Source of the DNA: Deltaproteobacteria bacterium
Lineage (GTDB): Bacteria > Desulfobacterota_D > UBA1144 > Nemesobacterales > CSP1-2
Assembly (NCBI GenBank): GCA_052390235.1
Contig: JBQTHB010000007.1
Location: 32,001-96,000 of the forward strand
DNA length: 64,000 nucleotides
Direction: 5' to 3'
Shown here: positions 27,227 to 36,904 of the stretch, in pieces
Layout: each line of letters starts with the position of its first letter
Numbering within the stretch: the first letter of the stretch is position 1
Notes under the pieces: generated by a model
What the model was told of the DNA's origin: nothing
Database searches by the model: none
Seen by the model: only the letters and a program-made list of their open reading frames with translations
Position numbers and translations under genes: made by a program

Positions 27227-28231
27227 CTAGTGGATGAATAAAATGTCAACTGTGTAGTAAATAGCCCCCCCCAGAGCCGCCGCCGCCGGAATAGTGAATA
27301 TCCACGCCCAGACGATCCTGAGCGTAATTCCCCATCTCACCGTGGACAGCCCTTTTGCCGCTCCTACCCCGGAGATAGCCCCGGTGATAACGTGAGTCGT
27401 GCTTACGGGAATTCCCATAAAAGTGGCTATAAAAATACTAATAGCGCTTGCCGTCTCGGCCGAGAAGCCGTCTATCGGCCTTAGCTTCGTGATTTTCTGT
27501 CCCATGGTTTTTACGATTCTCCATCCGCCGAATAGAGTCCCAAGCCCTATGGCTATGTGGGCGGCAAGTACCACCCAAAGGGGGACGGTGAAATCGCTTA
27601 TAAGCCCTCCGGCTACTAATAGCCCGGTGATGATACCCATTGTTTTCTGCGCGTCGTTGCCCCCGTGTCCGAGGCTATAGAGGGCGGCTGAGACGAGTTG
27701 TAGCCGCCTTGAGAGCTTATTGACATACGCGGGAGTGCGCTTGTACAGGAGCCATGTCGAGGCGACTATAAAAATTACGCCGAGGGCCAGTCCTATGGTC
27801 GGGGCGAGGAATATGAATACGAGCGTCTTATACCATCCGTGGGCTATTATCGCTCCCACGCCGGCTTTTGCTATCGCCGCTCCGGCGTATCCGCCGATGA
27901 GGGCGTGCGAGGAGCTAGTGGGAAGCCCCAGGAAGAGCGTGGTGAGATTCCATCCTATCGCGCCTAGAAGCCCGGCGAAAATTACCGCAGGGGTTATAAC
28001 GTTGATGTCGATAAGCCCCTTGCCTACGGTTTTTGCCACGGCAGTTCCGAAGACGACGAAGGCTATGAAATTGAAAAACGCCGCCCACATCACGGCTTGC
28101 TTTGGGGTTAGGACGCGCGTTGAGACTACAGTGGCTATGGAGTTTGCCGCGTCGTGAACGCCGTTTGTGAAATCAAAGGCTAGGGCTATGATGATGACAA
28201 ATACGATAAAAATCAGTTCCGGTTCGAGCAT
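27227..28231 (-). CDS. pit: Inorganic phosphate transporter (PiT family)
   Basis: NGVHDAANSIAT, PTSSSHA, HGGNDAQK and PVSTTH motifs. Confidence 0.95.
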   Translation of the reverse strand: MLEPELIFIVFVIIIALAFDFTNGVHDAANSIATVVSTRVLTPKQAVMWAAFFNFIAFVVFGTAVAKTVGKGLIDINVITPAVIFAGLLGAIGWNLTTLFLGLPTSSSHALIGGYAGAAIAKAGVGAIIAHGWYKTLVFIFLAPTIGLALGVIFIVASTWLLYKRTPAYVNKLSRRLQLVSAALYSLGHGGNDAQKTMGIITGLLVAGGLISDFTVPLWVVLAAHIAIGLGTLFGGWRIVKTMGQKITKLRPIDGFSAETASAISIFIATFMGIPVSTTHVITGAISGVGAAKGLSTVRWGITLRIVWAWIFTIPAAAALGGAIYYTVDILFIH

Positions 28232-28283
28232 GGATTTTTTATATGCCTCTTAGCTTGTGGGTGTCTGCTGGGTCTTGGGGATT

Positions 28284-28910
28284 TTAGGCGTTTTCAACTA
28301 CTATCCCTTCCACTACATTTGCCACGTCCTCGCATCTGTCAATGGCGTCCTCAAGGGTCTCATATATGTCTTTCCACTTGATTATGTGAATGGGGTCGGG
28401 GTTAGAGTCGTTAAAGAGGGTCGAAAGGGCGGTTCTAAAGGTTCTGTCGCCCTCGTTCTCGAGGCGGTTTATCTCGACGCAGATATTCAATATCGAGCTT
28501 GGATTCTTTAGGTCTCGCAGCGCGTGAATCCCTTTAGCGACCTGCTCCACGGCTTTCTCAAGCGTGTTTACGAGGGATAGAGCCTCTGGAGTCGAGGTTT
28601 TAATTTTATATAGCACAACCCTCTCGCAGGTGGAATCTATAAAGTCCAGTATATCGTCCATCTTTGTGATGAGGGCGTAAATGGATTCGCGGTCGAGGGG
28701 GGTTACGAAGGTTTTATGTAGCTTTTCCACTGTCTCGTGGGTTATTAAATCCGCCTCGTGTTCGATGGCTTTGATTTGGCGCGCTTTTTCCTCGGCGTCC
28801 GAGAGGTCGTGCATCATGATTTTAAAGAGCTTTATGCCGGCTACGATTTTTTCGGAAGCCGTATCGAAGTAGTCGAAAAACCTCTCTTCCCGCGGAAATA
28901 AGCTGACCAT
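28284..28910 (-). CDS. DUF47 (PhoU-like) Pit accessory protein
   Basis: EHEAD, TFVTPLDRE, ENEGD and LEDAIDRCEDVAN motifs; directly upstream of pit. Confidence 0.93.
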   Translation of the reverse strand: MVSLFPREERFFDYFDTASEKIVAGIKLFKIMMHDLSDAEEKARQIKAIEHEADLITHETVEKLHKTFVTPLDRESIYALITKMDDILDFIDSTCERVVLYKIKTSTPEALSLVNTLEKAVEQVAKGIHALRDLKNPSSILNICVEINRLENEGDRTFRTALSTLFNDSNPDPIHIIKWKDIYETLEDAIDRCEDVANVVEGIVVENA

Positions 28911-28925
28911 TTATCTTCACCCTGC

Positions 28926-28955
28926 CTTAACGCTATCTTAACGAAATTTTAATAA
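28926..28955. promoter_or_regulatory. Pho-box-like direct repeats
   Basis: CTTAAC (28926), CTTAAC (28937) and TTTAAT (28948) at an exact 11-bp period, upstream of DUF47-pit. Confidence 0.55.
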
Positions 28956-29054
28956 TTTATACCATAATGTGCGGAGAAATCTATTCCCCGCCCTTGAATC
29001 CCTTGGGGCTAATGAGCAGACTATTCCCCCAAGCTCTCCAAGGAGGTAGCACAA

Positions 29055-29309
29055 ATGGCTGAGATTATAATTTATTCGACCGCCTACTGCCCGTACTGCC
29101 GCAGGGCGAAGGCTTTTTTTGACGCAAAGGGGTTCAATTACACCGAAATTGACCTAACACACGACCCTGAGGCGAAGAAAAAAATCATGGACACCCACCA
29201 CTGGCGCACCGTGCCGATGATTCTAATCAACGGCGTCCTCATAGGCGGATATGACGACCTCATGGCAATGGACAGAGAAAAAAAACTTGATGATATTCTG
29301 CGCGCATGA
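29055..29309 (+). CDS. Glutaredoxin (GrxC-like)
   Basis: CPYC, TVPMI and IGGYDDL motifs. AAGGAGG SD. Confidence 0.94.
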   Translation: MAEIIIYSTAYCPYCRRAKAFFDAKGFNYTEIDLTHDPEAKKKIMDTHHWRTVPMILINGVLIGGYDDLMAMDREKKLDDILRA

Positions 29310-29371
29310 ATTATATTTATACTAGATTTGGAAGTGAAACTAATCTTCGGCAGGGAGGTTAATCACAAAAA

Positions 29372-30004
29372 ATGAGCGTCGCCATAGAATCCCCTAAACT
29401 CAGTTCGACTCTGCTTCGCGTAACGTGGCTTTCCATAGGGCTTGGCATATTTATGGAAATCCTAGTAATTATAGTCATTTCAGTGTGGGGAAATATCAGC
29501 TCTTCAAAGCCTTTCATAGCGGATTTGGTGCAGAAGGTGAGCTGGTCGTTTATTGTTTGCGCCGGGCTTGCGTTGGGGTCTGTCGTATCGAAGCTCAAGG
29601 CTCAGTACATGGGAATTGCCGGGTTGCTAGCCGCCCCCTTTGCCTTTGTTATTTCCCGCTCTCTGCACAAGAGCGCGACTCAAGCCCTGACCATCCCCGC
29701 TGTATCGGATTCCGCTTCCCCGCTCGTGATAGCGGCTATCAAAGGGGTTGAGTACGCCATTTTGGGAATAGCCATAGCGTGGATAGCCAAACGCGTTTGG
29801 GGAGGGTTTTTAGCTCACATCTCGGCGGGTCTTCTGGTGGGCGTTGTGTTCGGAGGGGCGATAATGCTCTACGTTGCCGAGTCTGCCCTCAACCCCATTC
29901 CTACAGCGGCGTTTATATCGAGAACAATAAACGAGGTTTTTTTTCCAGTCGGATGCGCTGTGGTGCTTTTTATCGGCACGGTCATTGCCTCGAGAATTAA
30001 GTAG
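29372..30004 (+). CDS. Hypothetical multi-pass membrane protein
   Basis: About 6 hydrophobic helices. GGAGG SD. Confidence 0.75.
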   Translation: MSVAIESPKLSSTLLRVTWLSIGLGIFMEILVIIVISVWGNISSSKPFIADLVQKVSWSFIVCAGLALGSVVSKLKAQYMGIAGLLAAPFAFVISRSLHKSATQALTIPAVSDSASPLVIAAIKGVEYAILGIAIAWIAKRVWGGFLAHISAGLLVGVVFGGAIMLYVAESALNPIPTAAFISRTINEVFFPVGCAVVLFIGTVIASRIK

Positions 30005-30144
30005 CCCCTCCCCACTACCGGGGCTGATTCCAATATCTGCTTGCTCAGGGTGTTAATAGGCGGTAGCGCGCTGGAGCGATTGCCGATGTTGGCTTTTTAA
30101 TGTACTTTCTTAATCGCATTGCGCCGATATAAACGACCTGCTAG

Positions 30145-30870
30145 GTGCTGAGTACCTTGAATTCAGACGTTGTAGTTGCCGAGGGTATAGCTAAATCCTA
30201 TGGAAATTTCAAAGCCCTCAGGGGAGTGAATCTGCGCGTCAAAAAGGGCGAGTTTCTATCCCTTTTCGGACCCAACGGCTCTGGCAAAACCACTTTCATC
30301 AAAATCCTCTCGGCTCTGGCGAAACCCACATCCGGCAAGCTGACCCTGATGGGACGGGATATTCAAAGAGATGCGGACTTTGCAAGAGCCGCAGTCGGCG
30401 TAATCTCTCACGACCCGTATTTGTACGCAAATCTATCTGCGCTTGAGAATATTTTATTCTTTGCCTCCCTCTATGGGGTCTCTCTCGCCGAGGACAGCGC
30501 CGCTCGCCTCATAGCGCAAGTCGGGCTTCAGGCGCGAATGCACGATTTGGTGCGCACATTCTCGCGAGGCATGAAACAGCGCCTCGCCGTAGCCCGCTCG
30601 ATAGTTCACAACCCCGCCCTGCTTCTGCTCGATGAACCCTACACCGGGTTGGATCCACACGGAGAGCGAATGTTTACCGATATTCTCGCGGGGCTTAAAT
30701 CCGAGGGCAGGACGATAATCATGACCACTCACAATGTTGCCGAGGGGTTTCGCATTAGCGACAGGGCGGCTATAATGGCAAGGGGCGAGGTGGTTTTTGA
30801 ATCCCCGGCGGAGGGGTTAGATTTGGAGCGGTTCAAAGGGATTTATTTCGAGAAGACTGCCTTGGCTTAG
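30145..30870 (+). CDS. ccmA: Heme exporter ATP-binding protein CcmA
   Basis: GPNGSGKTT, FSRGMKQR and LLLDEPYTGLD motifs; first gene of the ccm operon. Confidence 0.9.
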   Translation: MLSTLNSDVVVAEGIAKSYGNFKALRGVNLRVKKGEFLSLFGPNGSGKTTFIKILSALAKPTSGKLTLMGRDIQRDADFARAAVGVISHDPYLYANLSALENILFFASLYGVSLAEDSAARLIAQVGLQARMHDLVRTFSRGMKQRLAVARSIVHNPALLLLDEPYTGLDPHGERMFTDILAGLKSEGRTIIMTTHNVAEGFRISDRAAIMARGEVVFESPAEGLDLERFKGIYFEKTALA

Positions 30871-30902
30871 ACTCTCTCCTAGGTGTCTGCGCGGCGCTGA
30901 AT

Positions 30903-31574
30903 ATGAAAAAAATATGGGCTATCGTCTGGAAGGACACCCTGTCGGAGTTTCGCTCGAAGGAGATTTTCTCTTCGATGTTCACGTTCGCGCTCCTCATTAT
31001 TGTGATTTTTAATTTCACTCTTAATTCCTCATCGGAGGTTATAAGGGCGGCGGCGGCGGGGATTTTGTGGGTCGCTTTCAGCTTTGCCGCCACGCTGGGG
31101 CTAAGCCGCTCATTCGCCCTCGAAAAGGAGGACGGCGCGATAATGGGGATGCTCCTTGCCCCCTGCGACAGGAGTTTTATTTATCTCGGCAAGATGGCGG
31201 GCAGTCTCCTCTTTGTGCTTGCCGTGGAGGTGATTATTCTGCCGCTCTTTGCCGTTTTTTTTAATCTCAATCCGGGCTTTGCAGGCGCTGTTGCCCTGAT
31301 ATTTGTGATATTTCTCGGCACTGTGGGGTTTGTAGCCGTGGGGACGCTCTTTGCCGCGATGGCGCTTAATACGAGGCTTAGGGAGGTGCTTGTGCCGATA
31401 CTCCTCTTCCCGATAGCGATTCCCTCAGTGGTAAGCTCGGTGAAGCTGACCGAGGCGATTTTAGCCGGGAAATCCATGGCAGAGGCGGGCGGGGCTTTGC
31501 AAATACTGGTTTCATTCGATATAATCTTTCTCGCCGCGTCGGCCGTGGTGTTTGAATACGTGATTGAAGAATAA
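30903..31574 (+). CDS. ccmB: Heme exporter protein CcmB
   Basis: Hydrophobic protein with SFALEKEDG and REVLVPILLFP; operon context. Confidence 0.92.
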   Translation: MKKIWAIVWKDTLSEFRSKEIFSSMFTFALLIIVIFNFTLNSSSEVIRAAAAGILWVAFSFAATLGLSRSFALEKEDGAIMGMLLAPCDRSFIYLGKMAGSLLFVLAVEVIILPLFAVFFNLNPGFAGAVALIFVIFLGTVGFVAVGTLFAAMALNTRLREVLVPILLFPIAIPSVVSSVKLTEAILAGKSMAEAGGALQILVSFDIIFLAASAVVFEYVIEE

Positions 31575-31591
31575 GGGGTGTCCTAGGGGTT

Positions 31592-32245
31592 ATGGGAATT
31601 TTAATGCTCCTCGCTTTTGTGGGTATGGCGCTGTCAGTCTATACGGCTTTTATCTATGCCCCTACCGAAATTGTGATGGGACACATCCAGAGGATTTTCT
31701 ACTTTCACATGGGGACGGTCTGGGCGGCGACAGTATCGTTCATAATTGTTTTTATCGCGAGCATTCAGTATCTGAGAAAAGAGACCAGGTTCTGGGATAT
31801 TCTCGCCCTTTGCTCCGCCGAAGTCGGAGTCCTATTTCTCACGCTAACCATCATCACCGGAAGCATCTGGGCAAAACCGATATGGGGAACTTGGTGGACT
31901 TGGGAGCCGCAGCTCACCACGACGTTTATCCTCTGGGTTCTGTATATCGTCTATCTGATACTGCGCTCTTCCATCGGCAACGACCCAAGGCGGGCGCGCT
32001 ATGCCGCCGTGTTCGGGATAATAGCCTTTATTGACCTGCCGCTCGTGTATGCCTCGGCGCGGCTTATGAGGGGAATATCCCCCGTGGTATTCGGCGGCAA
32101 GGGGGGAGGGATAGGCCCGGAGATGATGACTGCGCTTTTGGTGAACCTGGCTGGGTTTACCCTTCTATTCATCTGGCTTTTGGTGGAAAGGGTGAAGCTC
32201 GAAAATATGAAAGACGACCTCCTGCGCCTTAAGGAGGCTCTATAG
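31592..32245 (+). CDS. ccmC: Heme exporter protein CcmC
   Basis: QRIFYFH and the WWD-like GSIWAKPIWGTWWTWEP motif. Confidence 0.92.
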   Translation: MGILMLLAFVGMALSVYTAFIYAPTEIVMGHIQRIFYFHMGTVWAATVSFIIVFIASIQYLRKETRFWDILALCSAEVGVLFLTLTIITGSIWAKPIWGTWWTWEPQLTTTFILWVLYIVYLILRSSIGNDPRRARYAAVFGIIAFIDLPLVYASARLMRGISPVVFGGKGGGIGPEMMTALLVNLAGFTLLFIWLLVERVKLENMKDDLLRLKEAL

Positions 32246-32253
32246 GAGGGGCG

Positions 32254-32382
32254 ATGTCTTATTTATTCTGGGCGCACGCTGTGTGCTGGGCGGGACTTTT
32301 TATCTATGTCTATAGCCTCAATAGGAAGGGCGCGGACTTAGAGAAGCAGATTGAAGCCCTGCAGAGGGAATTCAAAAAATAA
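32254..32382 (+). CDS. ccmD: CcmD (42 aa)
   Basis: Below the ORF-track cutoff. MSYLFWAHAVCWAGLFIYVYSLNRKGADLEKQIEALQREFKK: TM plus charged helix, AGGAGG SD, located between ccmC and ccmE. Confidence 0.85.
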   Translation: MSYLFWAHAVCWAGLFIYVYSLNRKGADLEKQIEALQREFKK

Positions 32383-32397
32383 CGGAGAGTAGCCATA

Positions 32398-32820
32398 ATG
32401 CTAAAGGGAAAAGTGAAGTTTATTATCGCCATCTCAGCAATAGCCTCTGTTCTGACCTATCTCGTCTATGGCGGCGTAAAGGACACAATGGTCTATTATC
32501 TGACCGTGGAGGAACTCAGGGGGAGAGCGCCGGCGGTGTATGATGAAAATGTCAGGGTGTCTGGCAAGGTCGTTGCCGGCACCATCAAAAAAGAGCTCGA
32601 CGGAATACTCTATTTTCAAATCAGCGACGGCAAAGAGCATTTAAATGTCGAGTACAAGGGCATTATCCCGGACATATTCAAAGACGACGTGGAAGCCGTT
32701 GTCGAGGGCAGGCTCACGCCTGAGAACGTTTTTTACGCTAACATTTTGCTTGCCAAATGCCCGACAAAGTATGAAGCCTACGAATCCGCCGATGCCGCGA
32801 GCAAAGAGGGGAACACATAG
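32398..32820 (+). CDS. ccmE: Heme chaperone CcmE (CxxxY type)
   Basis: YYLTVEE, YKGIIPDIF and LAKCPTKY motifs. Confidence 0.93.
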   Translation: MLKGKVKFIIAISAIASVLTYLVYGGVKDTMVYYLTVEELRGRAPAVYDENVRVSGKVVAGTIKKELDGILYFQISDGKEHLNVEYKGIIPDIFKDDVEAVVEGRLTPENVFYANILLAKCPTKYEAYESADAASKEGNT

Positions 32821-32823
32821 GAT

Positions 32824-34833
32824 ATGGTTGAAACCGGCAATATATCTATATTCCTCGCCTTTGTCATCTCGGTTTACACGCTGGTTGCCTCTGCTGTCGG
32901 AGCAAAGACAAACCGCCGAGACCTCGTAAAAAGCGCCGAACACGGGGCTTACGCAATGTGGTTTCTGCTCACTATAGCGTCCATCTCCCTTGTTCACGCC
33001 CTCGTTACGCGGGATTTCAGCCTCAAATACGTCGCATCGAACACGAGCCGAGACCTCTCGACGGTTTATACGGTTACCGCTTTTTGGGCCGGTCAGGCGG
33101 GATCTCTACTCCTTTGGGCGTGGATACTTTCAATCTACACGGCGCTTGTAGTGCTACTGAATCGAGGCAAAAGCAGGCTCATGATGCCCTACGTGCTTGC
33201 GACTCTCGCCGGGGTGAGCTGTTTTTTTATATATCTTATCGCTTTTGTCGAGAGTCCTTTCGAGAAACTCCCCTTCACTCCCAACGATGGCAGAGGGCTT
33301 AATCCCCTCCTTCAAAACCCATATATGGTTATTCATCCTCTGGTGCTGTACTTCGGCTACGTGGGGGTTGCCGTGCCTTTTGCGTTTGGCATTGGGGCGC
33401 TTCTCAGTGGCAGGCTGGAGGATGAGTGGATACGCAATTCGAGAAAATGGACTCTTCTGTTCTGGACATTTCTCAGCGTAGGGCTGATATTGGGCGCGCG
33501 CTGGGCGTATCTTGAGCTTGGCTGGGGCGGGTACTGGGCATGGGATCCGGTTGAAAACGCCGCCTTTATGCCTTGGCTCGTAGGCACTGCGTTTCTCCAT
33601 TCGGTCATGATTCAGGAGAAAAAGGGGATGCTCAAGAAGTGGAATATGATACTTCTCATTCTCACGTTTTTCCTGTCTATTTTCGGCACTTTCATCACCC
33701 GAAGTGGGGTGATTTCATCAGTGCATTCATTTGCGCAGTCCGACATTGGCCCTTATTTTCTCGGCTTCATCGCCTTTATTCTCCTCTTCTCCTTCGCCGT
33801 ATTTCTCATGAGGCAGGCGGAGCTTAAGACTGAGAACCGCTATGATTCGATTCTCTCCCGCGAGAGCGCCTTTTTGTTCAATAACCTGCTGTTCTTGGGG
33901 GCGGCGTTCTCGGTATTTTTAGGGACGATTTTCCCCATCTTGACCGAGGCTATACAGGGCGAGAAAATCCTCGTGGGCCCTCCGTATTTCAACCGCGTCA
34001 ACGTTCCCATAGGGCTTATTCTGATATTTCTCATGGGCGTTGGGCCGCTGATTTCATGGAGGCGGGCGTCGGCGCAGAATTTAATTCGCAATTTCATGTA
34101 CCCTACGGTTTTCGCCGCTCTCACGGCGGTCGGGCTTTTTGCCCTCGGCATGAGGAGCGGCGTTGCGATACTCTCATTCGCGCTCTGCGGGTTTGTTACT
34201 GGCACGGTGTTCCTGGAATTCTACCGGGGGGTTAGGGTCAGAAGCGGCAGGGGGGAGAATTTGCTCATTGCCTTCTCGCGCCTCGTGATGAGAAACCGCC
34301 GCCGCTACGGTGGGTACGTCGTCCACTTGGGAGTCGTCCTTATAGTCATTGGCATAACCGGCTCGTCGGTGTTTGTTAAGCAGAAAGAAGCCACTCTTGC
34401 GCCGGGCCAGAGTGTTACTCTCGCGGACTACACGTTCCGCTTCGATGGGCTAACCCAATATACGACGGACGCAAAGAACGCCACAGTCGCGCGGTTATCC
34501 GTGTTTAGCGCTGAGGGCAGGCCTTTGGGCGAGATGAAGCCTGAGAAAAACATATACAAGTATGAGGGAAACCGCGAAATCAATCAGGAAACCGAGGTCG
34601 CCCTTCGCTCCACAATGAGAGACGACCTCTATGTGATTCTCGCGGATTTTGATGAGAGCGGCAGAGCGGCTTTTAGATTGGCTATTAATCCCATGGTGAG
34701 CTGGATATGGTACGGAGGGGTGTTGCTCCTCATAGGCGCCGTAATTGCCATGGCTCCGTCAAGGGCGCAAGAGGCGAGCCTCAGGTACAGCAGCGCCACA
34801 GTTGAATCGAAGGATACAGCCGCAGAGATTTAA
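32824..34833 (+). CDS. ccmF: Heme lyase CcmF
   Basis: GLNPLLQ, IHP, WAYLELGWGGYWAWDPVENA and SVHSFA motifs. Confidence 0.97.
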   Translation: MVETGNISIFLAFVISVYTLVASAVGAKTNRRDLVKSAEHGAYAMWFLLTIASISLVHALVTRDFSLKYVASNTSRDLSTVYTVTAFWAGQAGSLLLWAWILSIYTALVVLLNRGKSRLMMPYVLATLAGVSCFFIYLIAFVESPFEKLPFTPNDGRGLNPLLQNPYMVIHPLVLYFGYVGVAVPFAFGIGALLSGRLEDEWIRNSRKWTLLFWTFLSVGLILGARWAYLELGWGGYWAWDPVENAAFMPWLVGTAFLHSVMIQEKKGMLKKWNMILLILTFFLSIFGTFITRSGVISSVHSFAQSDIGPYFLGFIAFILLFSFAVFLMRQAELKTENRYDSILSRESAFLFNNLLFLGAAFSVFLGTIFPILTEAIQGEKILVGPPYFNRVNVPIGLILIFLMGVGPLISWRRASAQNLIRNFMYPTVFAALTAVGLFALGMRSGVAILSFALCGFVTGTVFLEFYRGVRVRSGRGENLLIAFSRLVMRNRRRYGGYVVHLGVVLIVIGITGSSVFVKQKEATLAPGQSVTLADYTFRFDGLTQYTTDAKNATVARLSVFSAEGRPLGEMKPEKNIYKYEGNREINQETEVALRSTMRDDLYVILADFDESGRAAFRLAINPMVSWIWYGGVLLLIGAVIAMAPSRAQEASLRYSSATVESKDTAAEI

Positions 34834-34872
34834 AAAATTTCCCCGCATTCCGAAAATCCCCCTAGGAGAGCT

Positions 34873-35421
34873 TTGGAGAAGCTATTTATTATAATAATTA
34901 CGCTTGGAGTCGCGGTTTTTATCTCGCTTCCGTTTATAGCGCGCAAATCCCGTCAGGGCGCAGATTCCGATGAGCATGGCGATGAGCCGCTCAATCCGGT
35001 ATTGGAAAAGCTGGCACATCTCCGTTTGGAGCGCGACTCGCTTCTCGCCGCAATAAAGGAAATAGAATTCGACTACAGCCTTGGCAAGCTCTCCGTGGAC
35101 GACTTTGACGAGCTCCTTGAGCAGTACAGGGTTCAAGCCGCTCTTGCCTCGAAGGAAATTGACGATGTAGAGCGAGGCGTGGGGCTGTCCACCACTGCTT
35201 TGGACTCAGAAATTGAGCGCGAGGTCGCATCCTCTAGGATAGCCACTAAGCCCCGCGCTAAAGATGACGCCGATGAAATCGAGGGGCAGATTCTCCTGGC
35301 GAGAGAGAGTAGGGTGGTTGCTGCCTGCCCCGAATGCGCAAGCGTGTATAAGCCGGAGGACAGGTTTTGTTCAAAATGCGGAGCAAAGGTAAATGAAAGA
35401 GCGTTGTCGCAATCGAGATAG
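34873..35421 (+). CDS. CcmI-like membrane protein with a C-terminal zinc ribbon
   Basis: N-terminal TM, IKEIEFDYSLGKLSVDDF helix and CPEC...FCSKCG. Confidence 0.75.
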   Translation: MEKLFIIIITLGVAVFISLPFIARKSRQGADSDEHGDEPLNPVLEKLAHLRLERDSLLAAIKEIEFDYSLGKLSVDDFDELLEQYRVQAALASKEIDDVERGVGLSTTALDSEIEREVASSRIATKPRAKDDADEIEGQILLARESRVVAACPECASVYKPEDRFCSKCGAKVNERALSQSR

Positions 35422-36904
35422 AGCGCCGTTGCTAGGGCTAATTATCTGCATTCTTATGGTACTCGCCGCCGCGCCGGATGTGTATGCCCAAATTTCCCCG
35501 CCCGAGGAAGGCACCGAGGGGAGAGAGCTTTTCACCCAGAACCGGTGCGCAAACTGCCATACCGTCGGCAGAGGTCGGTTCGTGGGGCCGGATTTGGCTA
35601 ACATTAAGGATAGATACACGAAAGAGGAAATAGCGCAGTGGATGCAAAACTCTCAGAGCATCTATCAGTCTAGGGGGAAGATGCCGGTTAACGAAGGTTA
35701 TCCTCCAATGCCGCCTATGAACGTTGCGCCGGACACTGCCCGCCTCATTGCCGATTATCTCGCCTCTCTCCGCCCGGAATCCCTTCCCAAAGCCTCTGCC
35801 GGAAGAATAGGGGGGAAAATTACCCCGGCATCGGGCGACCCCAAATCTGCGGCTGGAATAAAACTCCGCCTTACGGCTTATCTCGGCGACAACCCCACGG
35901 ATGAGAGGGATGCGACCGTGGGCGAGGACGGGTTATTTGAATTCGCAGGACTCCCCTGGGACAGAGCCTACACGGTAACCCTGAATTATAAGGGGACTGA
36001 ATATGCGACGGACAAAATGGTTTTCTACCCCGAAGAGGACGCAAAAACCCTCGATTTGCCAATCTATGAAACCACTCAGAGCGATGAGAATATAATTATT
36101 AACGCGGCGCACGTGATAGTTCAAGTATCCGAGAGCGAAATCACCGTAGCCGAGATAATGATTATCAATAACTCAGGGGCGGAGGTTTTTATCGGGGAAG
36201 AGGTTTCATCCGCCACTGAAGGCAATGAAAACCAGAGGCGTTCGCTTAGGTTTAATCTCCCCAAAGGGGCTGATAATCTGGAGCTTTTAGAAGGGATAAC
36301 CCCTGAAACTCTGGTAAAGGACATAGGCGGGTTCTCGGATTCATCTGCGTTTAGCCCGGGCGTAAGGAGGGTTGTTTACGCCTATAAACTCCCCTATAAA
36401 GCAGGGAAAAATGTAATAGAGACGAGCATAAATTATGCGGCGAACGGGTTTGTCCTGCTTGTCTCCGACACAGGAGCAGAGGTGTCAGTCAATGGGCTGG
36501 AGGGCGGTGAGGCGGTGAATTTCGACAATAGCCAGTTCTTTCGCTGGAGCGGCAAAAACCTGATCCGCGGGGCTAGCGTGAGGGTGGAAATTGGGAAATC
36601 CTACGCAGGGGGGGACTGGTTTAAGTGGTACGTGTTTGGGGCTTTGGCTATATTAATTGGCGGCGCGGCGTTGTATTCAATAATTAGTCGCCGGAAGAAT
36701 CCCACTCAATCCGAGCAGAAAGGGGAGAGTGTGGATGAGAGAGGCAGTGAGAGGGAGTGGGCTAAGCGGATTAACCAAATTGCAGAGCTTGACGATGATT
36801 TTGAGGCTGGCAGGATTGCTGAGGCGGATTATAAGAGGCTACGCGTGGAGTACAAAGACAGGCTGATTGAGATTAGCCAGAGTCGAAAGAGGAATACTAG
36901 CTAA
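35393..36904 (+). CDS. Monoheme cytochrome c fused to beta-sandwich domains, a C-terminal TM and a CcmI-like tail
   Basis: Signal peptide, CANCH, GPDL, MPPM, TM near aa 410-435 and IAELDDDFEAGRIAEADYKRLR. Confidence 0.8.
   Translation: MKERCRNRDRAPLLGLIICILMVLAAAPDVYAQISPPEEGTEGRELFTQNRCANCHTVGRGRFVGPDLANIKDRYTKEEIAQWMQNSQSIYQSRGKMPVNEGYPPMPPMNVAPDTARLIADYLASLRPESLPKASAGRIGGKITPASGDPKSAAGIKLRLTAYLGDNPTDERDATVGEDGLFEFAGLPWDRAYTVTLNYKGTEYATDKMVFYPEEDAKTLDLPIYETTQSDENIIINAAHVIVQVSESEITVAEIMIINNSGAEVFIGEEVSSATEGNENQRRSLRFNLPKGADNLELLEGITPETLVKDIGGFSDSSAFSPGVRRVVYAYKLPYKAGKNVIETSINYAANGFVLLVSDTGAEVSVNGLEGGEAVNFDNSQFFRWSGKNLIRGASVRVEIGKSYAGGDWFKWYVFGALAILIGGAALYSIISRRKNPTQSEQKGESVDERGSEREWAKRINQIAELDDDFEAGRIAEADYKRLRVEYKDRLIEISQSRKRNTS

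Noticed and set aside
31564..31592. Possible extra G in AAGGGGTG truncating the ccmC N-terminus (TTG 31564 would give MKNKGVLGVMG)
   Set aside because: ATG 31592 already yields a plausible CcmC with its first TM. It cannot be tested without reads.
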